Positions 33,601 through 42,900 are shown, counted from the first letter of the stretch. The stretch is DNA of 64,000 nt from Candidatus Magasanikiibacteriota bacterium (GCA_016207245.1 JACQQA010000004.1:19058-83057); one strand, 5' to 3'. Translations and numbers: made by a program. The notes: generated by a model not told the origin, from the sequence alone.

Positions 33601-36546
33601 GGCACAGTTACCACCGCGCCCTATGATATTCTGGCGCCAAAGACCGGCGCGGTGACCATCAACCTTTTGGATTCTAATGGTACTGCTACGAGTAGCATGA
33701 AAGCAGTGGTAGAGTTTATGCAAATTGGCGGCAAGATTGATAAGACCGAATCGTTCAGTGGAACCGCCTCCAGCACTATTTCTTTGTCGCAATTTGATGT
33801 GGCTAACGCCCTCAATGCGGTTACGAGCACCAACCCGACTAACATGTACCTAATGAATGTGACCATTCCCGGTGTCTCGGATAGCGGTTTGATCGCGTAT
33901 GGCGCGGATAGCGACACCGTACTTGCGACCTCCACCGCGGCCAGTGGCTATTGGAAGGTGGAAGTGGACGCTAACACAGAATCAATTAATATAAAATTAC
34001 CGGTTCTTAATTATGTCAGTGGCACGGTTAAAGACGGCGCTGGCAGCGCTGTGCCAGACGCCACGGTGCATTTTGAGAATTCTTCAACGAATGAGAAAGT
34101 TGACGTGCAAGCTGACACCAGCGGCAATTATTCCACCAAGCTTTCCAGCGCGACATATTTAGTCAGCGCCACTAAAGACGGCTACATTGATACCGCTTCC
34201 AGCGTAGCGGTAAGCGCGAGCGGCGCGTTAGCCGATTCAGCCACAACAATGACCGCCGCTTCTTACACGATTTCCGGCACGATTACTGCCGGCAGTTCAG
34301 CGGCATCCGGCGCCACAGTGCGCGCGGAAAAATTGGGTGGCGGTATAGTAACTGCCACCACTGGTTCGGACGGCACCTATTCTTTAAAGGTTATTAACGG
34401 TAATTGGAAAGTTTCTGCCGCAGCCGATGGCTATACTGAAGGCACTTATAGTTCTGTTGTGGCTGTCAGTAGCGCCAATGTTTCTGGCATCAATCTTACT
34501 CTTTCCACCACCGCCACTTCGCTTTCCGGCTCAACTTCCCAATCTGTTACTCCGCAAAATGGCGGTTCAATGACAGACTCTTCCGCCGGCGCTTCGGTTA
34601 AAGCTTCAGAGTCGGCGTTGGCTATTTCCGCCAATCCATACACTTTGAATGATAAGGAAGTTTCCAATGTGGTCGGCGGCAATGCCGGAACACCGATCAG
34701 CGGTGAAGCAAAAACAATCAGCAGTTATGATAATGATGGTAATGCCGTAACATTGCTAAAAGACGATGTCGCTGTTAGTGCCAGTTATTCCAGCAGTGAT
34801 ATGACAACGGCTTTGGGCACCTTAACTTTGGCAAAATTAGAAAAAGTGCAAATGGGTTCATGGGATGAGACTGCGGATAATTGGCAGACTTTGCCGACAA
34901 CTGTCGCATATAAAGATTCCAGTGGTAAATTTATTGAACCATCAGTAAGCGCCGCAACCGTCGCTTACACCGGCCAAACTTCCCACTTTTCTTCCTTCAA
35001 TCCGATTGCTCCGTCTGATGGTTCGGCGCCAGCTGTTATAACCAATGTTGCGGCGGTTGCCGGCAGTAATTCCGTATCCGTAACTTGGACAGCCGGTAGC
35101 GAGGGTGATTTACAAGGTTATGATATTTACCGGTCAACTTCGGCGAACGGTACTTATTCATCGCTTGGATCATCAACATCCAATAGTTATACCGATTCTT
35201 CAGCCGTTAATGGCAGCACCTATTATTATAAAGTAACGGCAACTGATACCGGTGGTTTGGAATCAGATCTTTCTTCAGCCTCTAATGCTGTCACACCAAA
35301 CAGTGCCAGTGGAGGTGGTGGAGGAGGCGGTGGTGGTGGTGGAACAAGTTCACCGCCAACATTCGGCGCAGTTCCGGTTTCAGTGGACGGCAATGCAGCA
35401 AAGAGTTCTTCTATCGTTACGTTGAAATTTAGCGTAACCAACGCGGTTCAAATGGCCATTTCAGAGAAAGCTGATTTTTCCGGCGCCGCGTGGGAAAGTT
35501 ATTCTTCCACCAAGAAACAGACCTTATCTAGCGGTCTGGGCGCTAAGATATTGTATGTAAAATTCCGCAGCGCCAGCGGCGAGACAACTGCCATTAAGAC
35601 AATTGACATTATGGTAGTTTCCGAAGCTACTGTGGAAGAGAAGAAGGCGGCGGAGGAATCTACTGTTGTTGAAAAGACGACTACCGCCACCTGTCCATTG
35701 ACTATCGGCAGTGCCTATAAGCTCGGCAACTCGGCGGCGGTTTTCTATGTTACCTCTGATTGCGCCAAGCGTCCGTTCAACAAAGCTAACGTATTTTTCA
35801 CCTATTTTACTTCGTGGTCAGATGTTAAAACCACTACCGCGGGAGTGTTGAATGATCTGAAGAATGATGCTATTGGTTTTATGCCATGGGGTCCGAAATA
35901 TGATCCGAAATACGGCGCGTTAGTGAAAATCGTTACGGATCCGAAAGTGTATCTGTTGCTTGGCACAGAAAAATATTGGATAACATCAGAAACAGTATTT
36001 GAGGGTCTTGGTTATGCTTGGAATTGGGTGGAAGATATTGATGAGGCGTTGTTAAATAAATATACCGTTGGTTCGGAGATCACTTACACCAATCATCATC
36101 CGAATTATACCCTGATTAAGTATAAGAATAGTTCCAAAGTGTACCGTTTGGAACCGGATCCGAAAGACGCGGCCAAGCAAGTCAAGCGCCATGTGAAAGA
36201 TGAAGCAGCTTTTAACGCTTTGACTTTCCGTTGGGATAGAATTGTGACGGTTGATAGCAAAGAAGCGTATGCGGACGGCGAAACATTGACAGCGCCGGCG
36301 AGCGTAAAGAAAGTTGACAAAGGAGTGTACAAGTTCAGTTTGACTCTGCAACAGGGGGACAGCGGCGCGGAAGTGACAAAATTGCAGGAAAAGCTTGAAG
36401 CTCTCGGCTATTTTTCCGCTGAACCCACCGGCACTTTCGGCGCCAAAACCAAAGAAGCGGTGATAAAATTTCAGCAGGCTTATAAATTAGCGCCTTACCC
36501 GGGCGTGGTTGGCAAGGCCACCAGAGACGTGCTTAATAGTCTTTGA
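27682..36546 (+). CDS. Giant secreted cell-surface protein (2954 aa): signal peptide, lamin-tail domain, many Ig-like / carboxypeptidase-regulatory-like repeats, FN3, poly-Gly linker, C-terminal peptidoglycan-binding domain
   Basis: Signal peptide MSKKCNKLFTMLVVFTTIVWSLG...AVFA. LTD-like ISEVKVGSATDPFDEFIEVYN. Repeated GxVxDxxGxxVxxAxV...DGxYxF modules. FN3 YDIYRS...YYYKVTATD. G11 run at 35311-35343. PG_binding_1-like tail GDSGAEVTKLQEKLEALGYF. Confidence 0.9.
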   Translation: MSKKCNKLFTMLVVFTTIVWSLGISTLIPQAVFAATVTVAGPYDLLPTGGMTVAASSYDIPVFRFALNKSSGGSETLTSVTVTVTSTIPTNNATLASHISQLVVFKDSNNNNYFDPQNDSFAGTQSTVNVGSATTITTGSNNSLAADGALPTSFFVAIKTASGWAAGDSIYINFAADGIVTNPSGNSPTVTPIIGSRAISFSGGGGWSGFSISSVSFVNASNVDVSFTDNLDLNTGAATSTGNYTLKNALGVSQTISSIVALPDNKSVRLTVAGGVTIPSDGTYSVTVSNGVKNTFGQANSGTTSFPIMSAQMPLSISEVKVGSATDPFDEFIEVYNRSGGNIPTSTVKLHFVNAAGTVDVNVPLTFLNESVVPNIPSHKFLLIAPITSSASSTADAVYTTSTLISLVSGGAAYISSSAASSTAVMDRVCWGSHAVSGDCEGSAASGLSTNDGTSIERKAFNDSTSASMLVSGAGPGQDADDGNGVDTQNNNFDFVARIVPEPQNSRIASAENPTGGSYGGTNNQAPSIQHAPVFKASIDSILNVVARIFDDGGTVPAGNTQLIYCITASATCTPASSTPIYGTSIGSGWYKFSTTSTISTVFGASKTLFKYYLQAADSASPAKTKVYTNDPTFDTVTYDTTGTGIQTAALQQSKSLGITLSSGNLGSASIMGTVNDSSGAAVSGATVWIDGTQFAATTGSDGTFSFANVGPTGGAQLKIAKDGYGDQSLSFFIPSSGLVSLPALSLYSGTMGAGGDYNQPKVTNSFPAPGMMGFPTLKGDGTNSSIEVNFSKAMDTTSFTGANVYLTEAGSGTHIAGSVGVGSTTQVKFTPTSALTSGKNYTLFLTPGVKDPAGNPVAGNSPGGNYILPFSTSGGMYASVTDIGGNFGTGNAFPAYVVGSQPAPGKQSVARNTKVFVTFSEAMQNSATNLANIKLYKVTSPFTSSESKTQVTVTNSIDSSNKIVILTPSSNLDVSSHYRVEVLGGMTSSKGIPLGNPGTSGYLTSVKYQSDFDTSSSVTGDLTAPTVDNTIPADAATGISTLRPIIINFSESMNPSTITDTSVVIKLGSTAIAGNLTYDPNNWMAVFTPDYSLTPTSTYTITVTTGAQDLAGNALASTLLRTFTTGSADTSSPTVVSAQANDYALKIDFSKPMLAVSASDINYANSVLKPANYTIHRVNSAGATQSTIATSTATITYDAASRSVALNGITGIVANDLINISVGGVKDIGFNNIASGSAAAVTTTAQSSAKTGNFTGGGMGMMGPQFDAGGNMMQGGMMGAPPAMVGTFVDSGIGFAPGVKVYPFNSMASVSTIYGVEIPISYQIPNAGFIDIAFPDGTDVVNAKKDTASPPNNDLNGPGPGVVVFGTSEGTLPSGWTTGGAASDGVIVNTDSRTVRVILGAVATRRGSANLTSGDGDQHDFIRLDIAQITNPSSATKVGMSGNSATVSTKKADGTVLETLSSGSFSTSAAGSFTVRGRVMAGASGVNGINVFLMSPMTGPQSTSTATGRFNGQTGEFMFQNLVAGNYMLGAEQFAKSGATSYTAGFPAPINVNSTNCASDICSQNVTVVDASTGVAVTLNISGTFSSNAIDIFAGGPGSFRKATSTLDGVLVADTSNSIKLNANGVWMVGFGPQMSTEMFGKSGPSAPTTWMPPKPQEVQVSGCPTACAVNPTTLTFNVSTANKTIKFTVKDASSNAIGKANVFAYSPASNAGNSTMADADGTGSINLSYGTYKIGASVSGMPGGVERSILIKDDGGADKVFVDGSSTGIALSSMTSASLTLTISKPSYTISGQVTDGTNPVANAPVSAYRTDGPGNSNTFTNSSGNYTLYVANGTWKVQAFTPDYGKLPEQTVTISGSNSSGKNFEPNTSAVTYATITKSVGNDADADGVLDAGEGTSNVQLIVEGTTGDLNNDGDTSDSGENVSYVNSGVTDTNGSSTLKLPPGTYTMKAYSSIQGEMSSSTQSIVVNGAGTVTTAPYDILAPKTGAVTINLLDSNGTATSSMKAVVEFMQIGGKIDKTESFSGTASSTISLSQFDVANALNAVTSTNPTNMYLMNVTIPGVSDSGLIAYGADSDTVLATSTAASGYWKVEVDANTESINIKLPVLNYVSGTVKDGAGSAVPDATVHFENSSTNEKVDVQADTSGNYSTKLSSATYLVSATKDGYIDTASSVAVSASGALADSATTMTAASYTISGTITAGSSAASGATVRAEKLGGGIVTATTGSDGTYSLKVINGNWKVSAAADGYTEGTYSSVVAVSSANVSGINLTLSTTATSLSGSTSQSVTPQNGGSMTDSSAGASVKASESALAISANPYTLNDKEVSNVVGGNAGTPISGEAKTISSYDNDGNAVTLLKDDVAVSASYSSSDMTTALGTLTLAKLEKVQMGSWDETADNWQTLPTTVAYKDSSGKFIEPSVSAATVAYTGQTSHFSSFNPIAPSDGSAPAVITNVAAVAGSNSVSVTWTAGSEGDLQGYDIYRSTSANGTYSSLGSSTSNSYTDSSAVNGSTYYYKVTATDTGGLESDLSSASNAVTPNSASGGGGGGGGGGGTSSPPTFGAVPVSVDGNAAKSSSIVTLKFSVTNAVQMAISEKADFSGAAWESYSSTKKQTLSSGLGAKILYVKFRSASGETTAIKTIDIMVVSEATVEEKKAAEESTVVEKTTTATCPLTIGSAYKLGNSAAVFYVTSDCAKRPFNKANVFFTYFTSWSDVKTTTAGVLNDLKNDAIGFMPWGPKYDPKYGALVKIVTDPKVYLLLGTEKYWITSETVFEGLGYAWNWVEDIDEALLNKYTVGSEITYTNHHPNYTLIKYKNSSKVYRLEPDPKDAAKQVKRHVKDEAAFNALTFRWDRIVTVDSKEAYADGETLTAPASVKKVDKGVYKFSLTLQQGDSGAEVTKLQEKLEALGYFSAEPTGTFGAKTKEAVIKFQQAYKLAPYPGVVGKATRDVLNSL

Positions 36547-36573
36547 TTGGTAGATATACAGAGGAATAGACAG

Positions 36574-36600
36574 CCCCGGTTATCCGGGGTTGTTGTTTTT
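36574..36600 (+). terminator. Intrinsic terminator after the giant gene
   Basis: CCCCGG-TTAT-CCGGGG then TTGTTGTTTTT. Confidence 0.75.
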
Positions 36601-36610
36601 GGCGGTTTTT

Positions 36611-36619
36611 TGGTATAAT
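36611..36619 (+). promoter_or_regulatory. Extended -10 promoter element TGGTATAAT upstream of gap
   Basis: The same TGGTATAAT nonamer occurs at 12661, 27469, 47297 and 48654, each upstream of a gene. Confidence 0.5.
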
Positions 36620-36661
36620 ATTATCAAATTAACAACGAACAATTAGTTAATTAACAAAATT

Positions 36662-37726
36662 ATGATTAACCTCGCAATCAACGGTTTTGGCCGGATCGGC
36701 CGGCAGGCCTTTAAGGTGGCGTTTGACCGGAAGGATTTTAAAATCGTCGCGGTCAATGATTTGACCGATACTAAAACCTTGGCGCATCTTTTACAACATG
36801 ATACGGCTTATGGCAAGTATAAATATACTGTAGGTTTTGACGAAAAGAATATAATTATTGGCAATCCTTCGGCTTGGTTCGACTCCGCTCACCACGGGTC
36901 GCTCAGGACAAGAAAGGTTCCGGTGCTCGCTGAAAAAGACCCCGCGCTTCTGCCGTGGAAGAAATTAAAAGTTGATGTGGTGATAGAAAGCACCGGCCGT
37001 TTTACCAAAAAAGAAGACGCATCATTGCATTTAAAAGCCGGCGCTAAAAAAGTTATTTTGTCCGCTCCGGCGAAGTCCTCCTCATCGGCGGGCGAGGGCG
37101 GCGGAGTTCCCACTTACGTCCGCGGAGTTAATTGCGGAAAAGTCGGCAAAGAAACTTCCTGCGTGATCAACAATGCCTCTTGCACCACGAATTGCATCGC
37201 GCCGGTCATGGCGGTTTTAGATGAAAAATTCGGCATTGAAAAAGCGATGATGTCCACTGTCCACGGCTATACCGCTGACCAGAATCTGCAAGACGCTCCG
37301 CACAAAGATTTGCGCCGCGCCCGCGCGGCCGCGGAAAATATTGTTCCCACATCCACCGGCGCGGCCAAAGCCGTGGGCGAAGTCAAGACAAATTTGCAGG
37401 GGATTTTTGACGGCGTGGCTTTTCGCGTGCCAGTGCCGACCTGTTCATTGTCCGATTTAACAATTGTTTTGAAAAAAAATGTAACAAAAGAAGAAGTGAA
37501 TCAGGCGCTGATTGACGCTTCCAAAACCAAAAGGTTTGAAGGAATTTTATTCTGCACCAACGAGCCGTTAGTATCAGCTGATTATGTCGGCAACACCTAT
37601 TCATCAATCGTCGATTTGCCGTTGACCAATGTGGTCGGCGGCAATCTCGTCAAAGTCGTGGCGTGGTATGATAACGAAGTAGGGTATTCGCATCGTCTTG
37701 TTGAAATGGCCAAGCTGTTTGCTTAA
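36662..37726 (+). CDS. gap: Glyceraldehyde-3-phosphate dehydrogenase with in-frame H-family insert
   Basis: INGFGRIGRQ, ASCTTNCIAP, WYDNEVGYS. Insert at 36866-36912. Confidence 0.92.
   Translation: MINLAINGFGRIGRQAFKVAFDRKDFKIVAVNDLTDTKTLAHLLQHDTAYGKYKYTVGFDEKNIIIGNPSAWFDSAHHGSLRTRKVPVLAEKDPALLPWKKLKVDVVIESTGRFTKKEDASLHLKAGAKKVILSAPAKSSSSAGEGGGVPTYVRGVNCGKVGKETSCVINNASCTTNCIAPVMAVLDEKFGIEKAMMSTVHGYTADQNLQDAPHKDLRRARAAAENIVPTSTGAAKAVGEVKTNLQGIFDGVAFRVPVPTCSLSDLTIVLKKNVTKEEVNQALIDASKTKRFEGILFCTNEPLVSADYVGNTYSSIVDLPLTNVVGGNLVKVVAWYDNEVGYSHRLVEMAKLFA
36866..36912. repeat. H-family element in frame in gap
   Basis: CCTTCGGCTTGGTTCGACTCCGCTCACCACGGGTCGCTCAGGACAAG encodes PSAWFDSAHHGSLRTR, just before the conserved AEKDPALLPW. 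Confidence 0.8.
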
Positions 37727-37727
37727 T

Positions 37728-38903
37728 ATGAAAATCAAAACCATCAAACAAATCCGCAATTTATCCGGCAAGCGTGTTTTGGCGCGAGTGGATTTTAACG
37801 TACCGCTTGAAAATGGAAAAATTATTGATGACTCGCGGATTTTGGCGTCAATTCCGACGATTGAATATCTAATGAAAAAAGGCGCGAAGGTGATTTTGGT
37901 TTCGCATTTGGGGAGGCCGGAGGGGCTTGATAAAAAATTGAGTTTAGCGCCAGTGGCGAAGAGAGTGGAAGAATTGATGAAAAAGAAAGTGAAATTGATA
38001 AGGACAGGTCGAGACCTGTCCGTACCTGACAAAATGAAAAATGGCGAGGTGGTGATGCTTGAAAATATTCGTTTTTTTCCTGATGAGGCTAAAAATGAGA
38101 ATGATTTTGGCAAAAAGTTAGCCGGCATAGCCGATATATTCGTGCTGGATGGTTTTGCAGTGGCGCATCGGGATTCCGGATCAGTTACAGGCGTTGCCAA
38201 GCATCTACCGAGCTGTGCGGGTTTGCTTTTGGAAAAAGAGATAATCGGTTTGTCAAAAGCGATTGAAAAGCCGAAGAAACCGTTTGTGTTGGTTTTGGGC
38301 GGGGCAAAAATGGAAACAAAATTGCCGGTGTTGAAAAATTTATTGCCAAAAGCCGATTATGTTTTAATCGGCGGCGGGATTTTTAATACTTATTTGAAAG
38401 CCAAAGGCTTTAAAGTTGGCAAGTCTTTGGTTGATGGCGATTATTTAAAAGAAGCATTAAAATATTGTTCAATAAAAAAAGTGATTAAGCCGGTGGATGT
38501 AATTGTGGGAAAAGAGAGTGGAAAGGTGGCAAGAGTTGTGCCGGTGGGCAAAAAGGGATACTTCGCTGCGCTTAGGATGACAGAAGGGGTGTATGATATC
38601 GGCCCGCAGACGATTCGTTTATACGCAAAATATATCAAGCAAGCCCAGACTATCGTTTGGAATGGCGCGATGGGGTATTTTGAACAAAAACCGTATGATG
38701 TCGGCACATTATCAATCGCGCGTTTGGTTGCCTCGCGTTCCAAAGGCAAGGCATTCGGTATTATCGGCGGCGGAGAAACCTTGCAGGTGATGGAAAAAGT
38801 GAAAATGACTGAATTCGTTGACCTGGTCTCCACCGGCGGCGGCGCGATGCTGGAGTTTCTTTCCGGTCAGAGATTGCCCGGGCTTAAACTGTTGACAAAA
38901 TAA
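37728..38903 (+). CDS. pgk: Phosphoglycerate kinase with two in-frame repeat inserts
   Basis: RVDFNVPLENGKIIDDSRI and C-terminal STGGGAMLEFL. Start ATG 37728 is 1 nt after the gap stop. Confidence 0.92.
   Translation: MKIKTIKQIRNLSGKRVLARVDFNVPLENGKIIDDSRILASIPTIEYLMKKGAKVILVSHLGRPEGLDKKLSLAPVAKRVEELMKKKVKLIRTGRDLSVPDKMKNGEVVMLENIRFFPDEAKNENDFGKKLAGIADIFVLDGFAVAHRDSGSVTGVAKHLPSCAGLLLEKEIIGLSKAIEKPKKPFVLVLGGAKMETKLPVLKNLLPKADYVLIGGGIFNTYLKAKGFKVGKSLVDGDYLKEALKYCSIKKVIKPVDVIVGKESGKVARVVPVGKKGYFAALRMTEGVYDIGPQTIRLYAKYIKQAQTIVWNGAMGYFEQKPYDVGTLSIARLVASRSKGKAFGIIGGGETLQVMEKVKMTEFVDLVSTGGGAMLEFLSGQRLPGLKLLTK
38002..38026. repeat. P24 palindrome copy 3 (GGACAGGTCGAGACCTGTCCGTACC) in frame in pgk
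   Basis: Encodes TGRDLSVP. Confidence 0.8.
38561..38589. repeat. H-related element (CTTCGCTGCGCTTAGGATGACAGAAGGGG) in frame in pgk
   Basis: Encodes FAALRMTEG. Related to 58935-58968 (..CGCTCGGAATGACAG). Confidence 0.6.
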
Positions 38904-38946
38904 TTTTGTTTTTTATAAGTTTTACTGTATAATTTAAAGTGTAAAT

Positions 38947-38990
38947 ATCAAAATTTAAAATTTTTACATTTTAATTTTTAATTTTTTATT
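38947..38990. repeat. AT-rich array in the pgk-SIMPL spacer sharing an 18-mer with argS
   Basis: ATCAAAATTTAAAATTTT followed by TACATTTTAATTTTTAATTTTTT. Confidence 0.75.
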
Positions 38991-39803
38991 ATGCCTGTCA
39001 AACCAAATGGCGTCGTAGCAAAAGAATGTTGCGGCGAAAAACACTGTTGTCACGGCGGTTTCGCCAAGAAACTGATGATAACACTGTTGGGAATTTTGTT
39101 GGTGTATATTATCGTGCTGGTCGGGACGATAATTCGTAATAATTTAGCTAAGTACGACGCGATCGGTCAAGCGGACAAGATGGAGCGCATGATTACAGTT
39201 GAAGCTGATGGCAAAGTTACTGCCAAGCCAGACATCGCCGTAACCACCATGGGAATGAAAGTAAAAGCAAAGACCGTGCTTGAGGCGCAACAAAGAAATA
39301 CCGAAGTGATGAATAAATTAATCACCAAGCTGAAAGAGCTGGGAATCGCCGGCGATGATATCAAAACCGTGAATTATAATGTTTATCCGGAATATGATTA
39401 CAAAGACGGCTCTAATGTTTTGATCGGATACAGCGTAGACCAAAACGTTACCGTCAAGATAAGAGACTTAAGCAAGGCGGATAGAGTTTTGGCTCTTGCC
39501 GGTGAATTGGGGTTGAGCGAAGTGGGCGGGTTGAGTTTCACAATTGATGATAATGATGTTTATTTGGCGCAGGCGCGGCAGAAAGCGCTGGAAAAAGTCG
39601 CGGAGAAAGCGCGCGCATTATCACAGATGCTGGGGGTAAGAGTAACCGGCGTGGTTTCTTACAGCGAATATGAGGCTGATGGCAAAGGCGTGTATTATAA
39701 AGCAATGGATGAATACGGAACGGGAGGCGCCGCGGCGCCGACGATAGAATCCGGAAGTATGGATGTGGAGATGCATGTATCAGTGACGCTGGGGATTAAA
39801 TAG
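38991..39803 (+). CDS. SIMPL/DUF541-like membrane-anchored protein
   Basis: N-terminal TM (LMITLLGILLVYIIVLVG) plus ITVEADGKVTAKPDIA...YNVYPEYDY pattern typical of the family. Confidence 0.6.
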   Translation: MPVKPNGVVAKECCGEKHCCHGGFAKKLMITLLGILLVYIIVLVGTIIRNNLAKYDAIGQADKMERMITVEADGKVTAKPDIAVTTMGMKVKAKTVLEAQQRNTEVMNKLITKLKELGIAGDDIKTVNYNVYPEYDYKDGSNVLIGYSVDQNVTVKIRDLSKADRVLALAGELGLSEVGGLSFTIDDNDVYLAQARQKALEKVAEKARALSQMLGVRVTGVVSYSEYEADGKGVYYKAMDEYGTGGAAAPTIESGSMDVEMHVSVTLGIK

Positions 39804-39844
39804 ACCGCAGATTATGATAACGCGCCGATAGCGCAGATTACACG

Positions 39845-39871
39845 ACCCGCCGGATGACCGGCGGGTTTTTG
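39845..39871 (+). terminator. Intrinsic terminator
   Basis: ACCCGCCGG-ATGA-CCGGCGGGT followed by TTTTT. Confidence 0.8.
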
Positions 39872-39909
39872 TTTGACAAAACAGCGTATTTTAGATAGTA
39901 TTTACACAT

Positions 39910-42900
39910 ATGCCTTACGATGCAAATAAAAACGAATTAGAAATTCTTAAGTTTTGGCAAGACAACAAAATTTTTGAAAAATCTATTTCTGAACGCCCGG
40001 AAAATAAGCCATATGTATTTTATGACGGGCCGCCATTTGCCACCGGCCTGCCGCATTACGGCCATATTTTAGGCTCGGTGATTAAAGACGTGGTGCCGCG
40101 TTATCAGACCATGAGAGGTCATCGCGTGCGCCGGCGCTGGGGTTGGGATTGCCATGGTTTGCCGATTGAAAATTTAGTTGAAAAAGAACTGGAAGTTTCC
40201 GGAAAAAAACAGATTGAGGAGAAATTGGGAGTCGAAAAATTTAATGATACCTGCCGGTCAAAAGTTTTAATGTACACAAAAGAGTGGAAGAAAATGGTGG
40301 ACCGCATCGGTCGCTGGATTGAGTTTGATAATGCCTACAAAACCATGGATTCCACGTATATGGAATCAGTTTGGTGGGCGTTGAAAACAATTTGGGGCAA
40401 GGGTTTGATTTATGAAGGCCGGAAAGTTTTGATGTATTGTCCGCATTGCGAAACTCCGGTGTCAAAAGCCGAGGTGGCGATGGATGATAGTTATAAAGAT
40501 ATTACGGAAGAAGCGGTCGTTGTGAAATTTAAGATACAAGACACAAGAAACAAACAAATTACAAAGTCAAAATTCAAAATTTTAAAAGACAGGTCGGTAT
40601 ATATTCTTGCTTGGACGACGACGCCGTGGACATTGCCCGGGAATGTGGCGCTCGCTGTTGGGAAAGATATTGATTATGTATTGGTTGAAGTTGATGGTGA
40701 AAATCTGATTTTGGCTAAAGATAGAGTTGAGGCCGTAATGGGAGATAAGAGATATGAGATAAAGCCTGCCCTGAGCTTGTCGAAGGGAGATAAAATGAAA
40801 GGCTCGGATTTGGTTGGTTTGGAATATGAACCGCTGTTTGAGATTCCGGCGATTCGGGAGACCAGTAAAAAAGCGTGGTATGTTACGACCGCGGATTTTG
40901 TTACCACGGAAGAAGGCACTGGCGTGGTGCACACCGCCGTGGTTTACGGCGAGGACGACTATAATTTAGGAATAAAAATCGGTTTGCCGGTAGTGCCGCT
41001 TTTGAATGATGCCGGACACTTCAATGAATTCGCGCCGGAATTTATCCGCGGCCAATATTTTAAAAAATCGGAGAAATTAATTAAAGATGATCTGGAAAAC
41101 CGCGGCTTGTTGTTCGCGCGGGAAAATCATACGCATTCTTATCCGCATTGCTGGCGGTGCGACACGCAATTATTTTACAACGCGATTTCCGCGTGGTTTA
41201 TTGATATTCAAAAAATAAAAAAGCGCCTGATTAAATTAAACGAAAAAATAAATTGGTTTCCGGAGCACTTGAAACACGGCCGCTTTTTGAATATTTTGGA
41301 AACCGCGCCGGATTGGAACATCTCGCGCAATCGGTATTGGGCCACGCCGTTACCGTTTTGGCGTTGCGGAGAAGATGGCTGTGATAATGTTGCGTGCGTT
41401 GGAAGCGTTGCTGAGTTGAAAGAGAAGGCAATTAATTTTGAGGAAGCGTATGACGGTAAAAAAATTGAAGAGATGGATCTGCATAAGCATTTGATGGATA
41501 AAATCAAATTAAAATGCGACAAGTGCGGCGGAGAAATGAGTCGGACGCCGGAAGTGATTGATTGTTGGGTTGAATCCGCGTCAATGCCGTTTGCTGAATT
41601 TCATTATCCGTTTGAAAATAAAGCCGTATTTGAAAAACGTTTTCCGGGCCAGTACATTGGCGAATACATCGCTCAAACCCGCGCCTGGTTCTACTATATG
41701 CATGTCATGGCGACTCTGCTGTTTGACGATATCAGTTTTGAAAATGTCGTCTGCACCGGCACGATTTTGAATGAGAAAGGCGAGAAATTATCCAAATCTA
41801 AACGCAATTATACGGACCCGTGGGTGATTATTGAACAGTACGGCGTGGACGCTTTGCGCTATTACCTGATGACTTCGGTGGCCATGCAAGCCGATGATTT
41901 GTATTTCAACGACCGCGAGGTGCGCGATGTTTATAATAAAGTGATAAACATGCTGTGGAATGTGGTGGAGTTTTATAAAATGTATGCTGGCGAAAGTCAT
42001 AAAGTCACAAAGTCTGTAAAGTCAGAGAATGTGTTGGACAAGTGGATAATGGCGAGGTTAGGGCAGTTGGTCCGCGAGGTGACGGAAAATTTGGATAAAT
42101 ATGACACGGTGCGGGCTGGCCGGCCGATTAAGGATTTTATTGATGATCTTTCAACTTGGTACTTGCGCCGTTCGCGCGATCGGTTCAAGGGGGACAATGC
42201 CGAAGACAAACAGGCGGCATTAGCCACTTTGCACGATGTTCTTTATATCCTTTCAAAAGTGATAGCGCCGTTTGTGCCGTTTATGGCAGAGAGAGTGTAT
42301 CATGTAACATGGAACATGGAACATGGAACAACGAGAGAATCGGTGCATTTAGAGAGTTGGCCTACGCCGGCAGATGTTACCAATGATGATGTTCAATTGT
42401 TGCAAGATATGGGAAAGGCGAGGAAAATTGTAGAGATGGGATTGGCGTTGCGGGCAGAAGCCGGGGTCAGAGTTCGCCAACCACTATCTATGTTGCAAGT
42501 TATAGGTTACAAGCTACAATATGAATTGGCGAAGATTGTGAAAGAAGAATTGAATGTGAAGGTGGTTGAAAATGTCGGAGATATTGAAGTTGTTGAAAAT
42601 ATTGTGGTGAAAGAAGGCGGGGAATTGAAGGTGGCGTTAGACACGCGTTTGACCAATGAATTAAAAAAAGAGGGTTTGATACGTGAAATCATCCGCGCGA
42701 TTAACCAGACGCGGAAAGAACAGAAATTAACGATTCAAGATAGAGTGACGATTATTTATGAGACCGATGATGAAATATTAGAGCAGGTTTTTGCTGAATT
42801 TGGAGAGGAAATTAAAAAAGCCGTGCTTGCGGACGAGTTAAAGGAGGAGAAAAACGACGGTGCAGAAGCTGATTTAGACGGTCATAAAATTAAACTGTGG

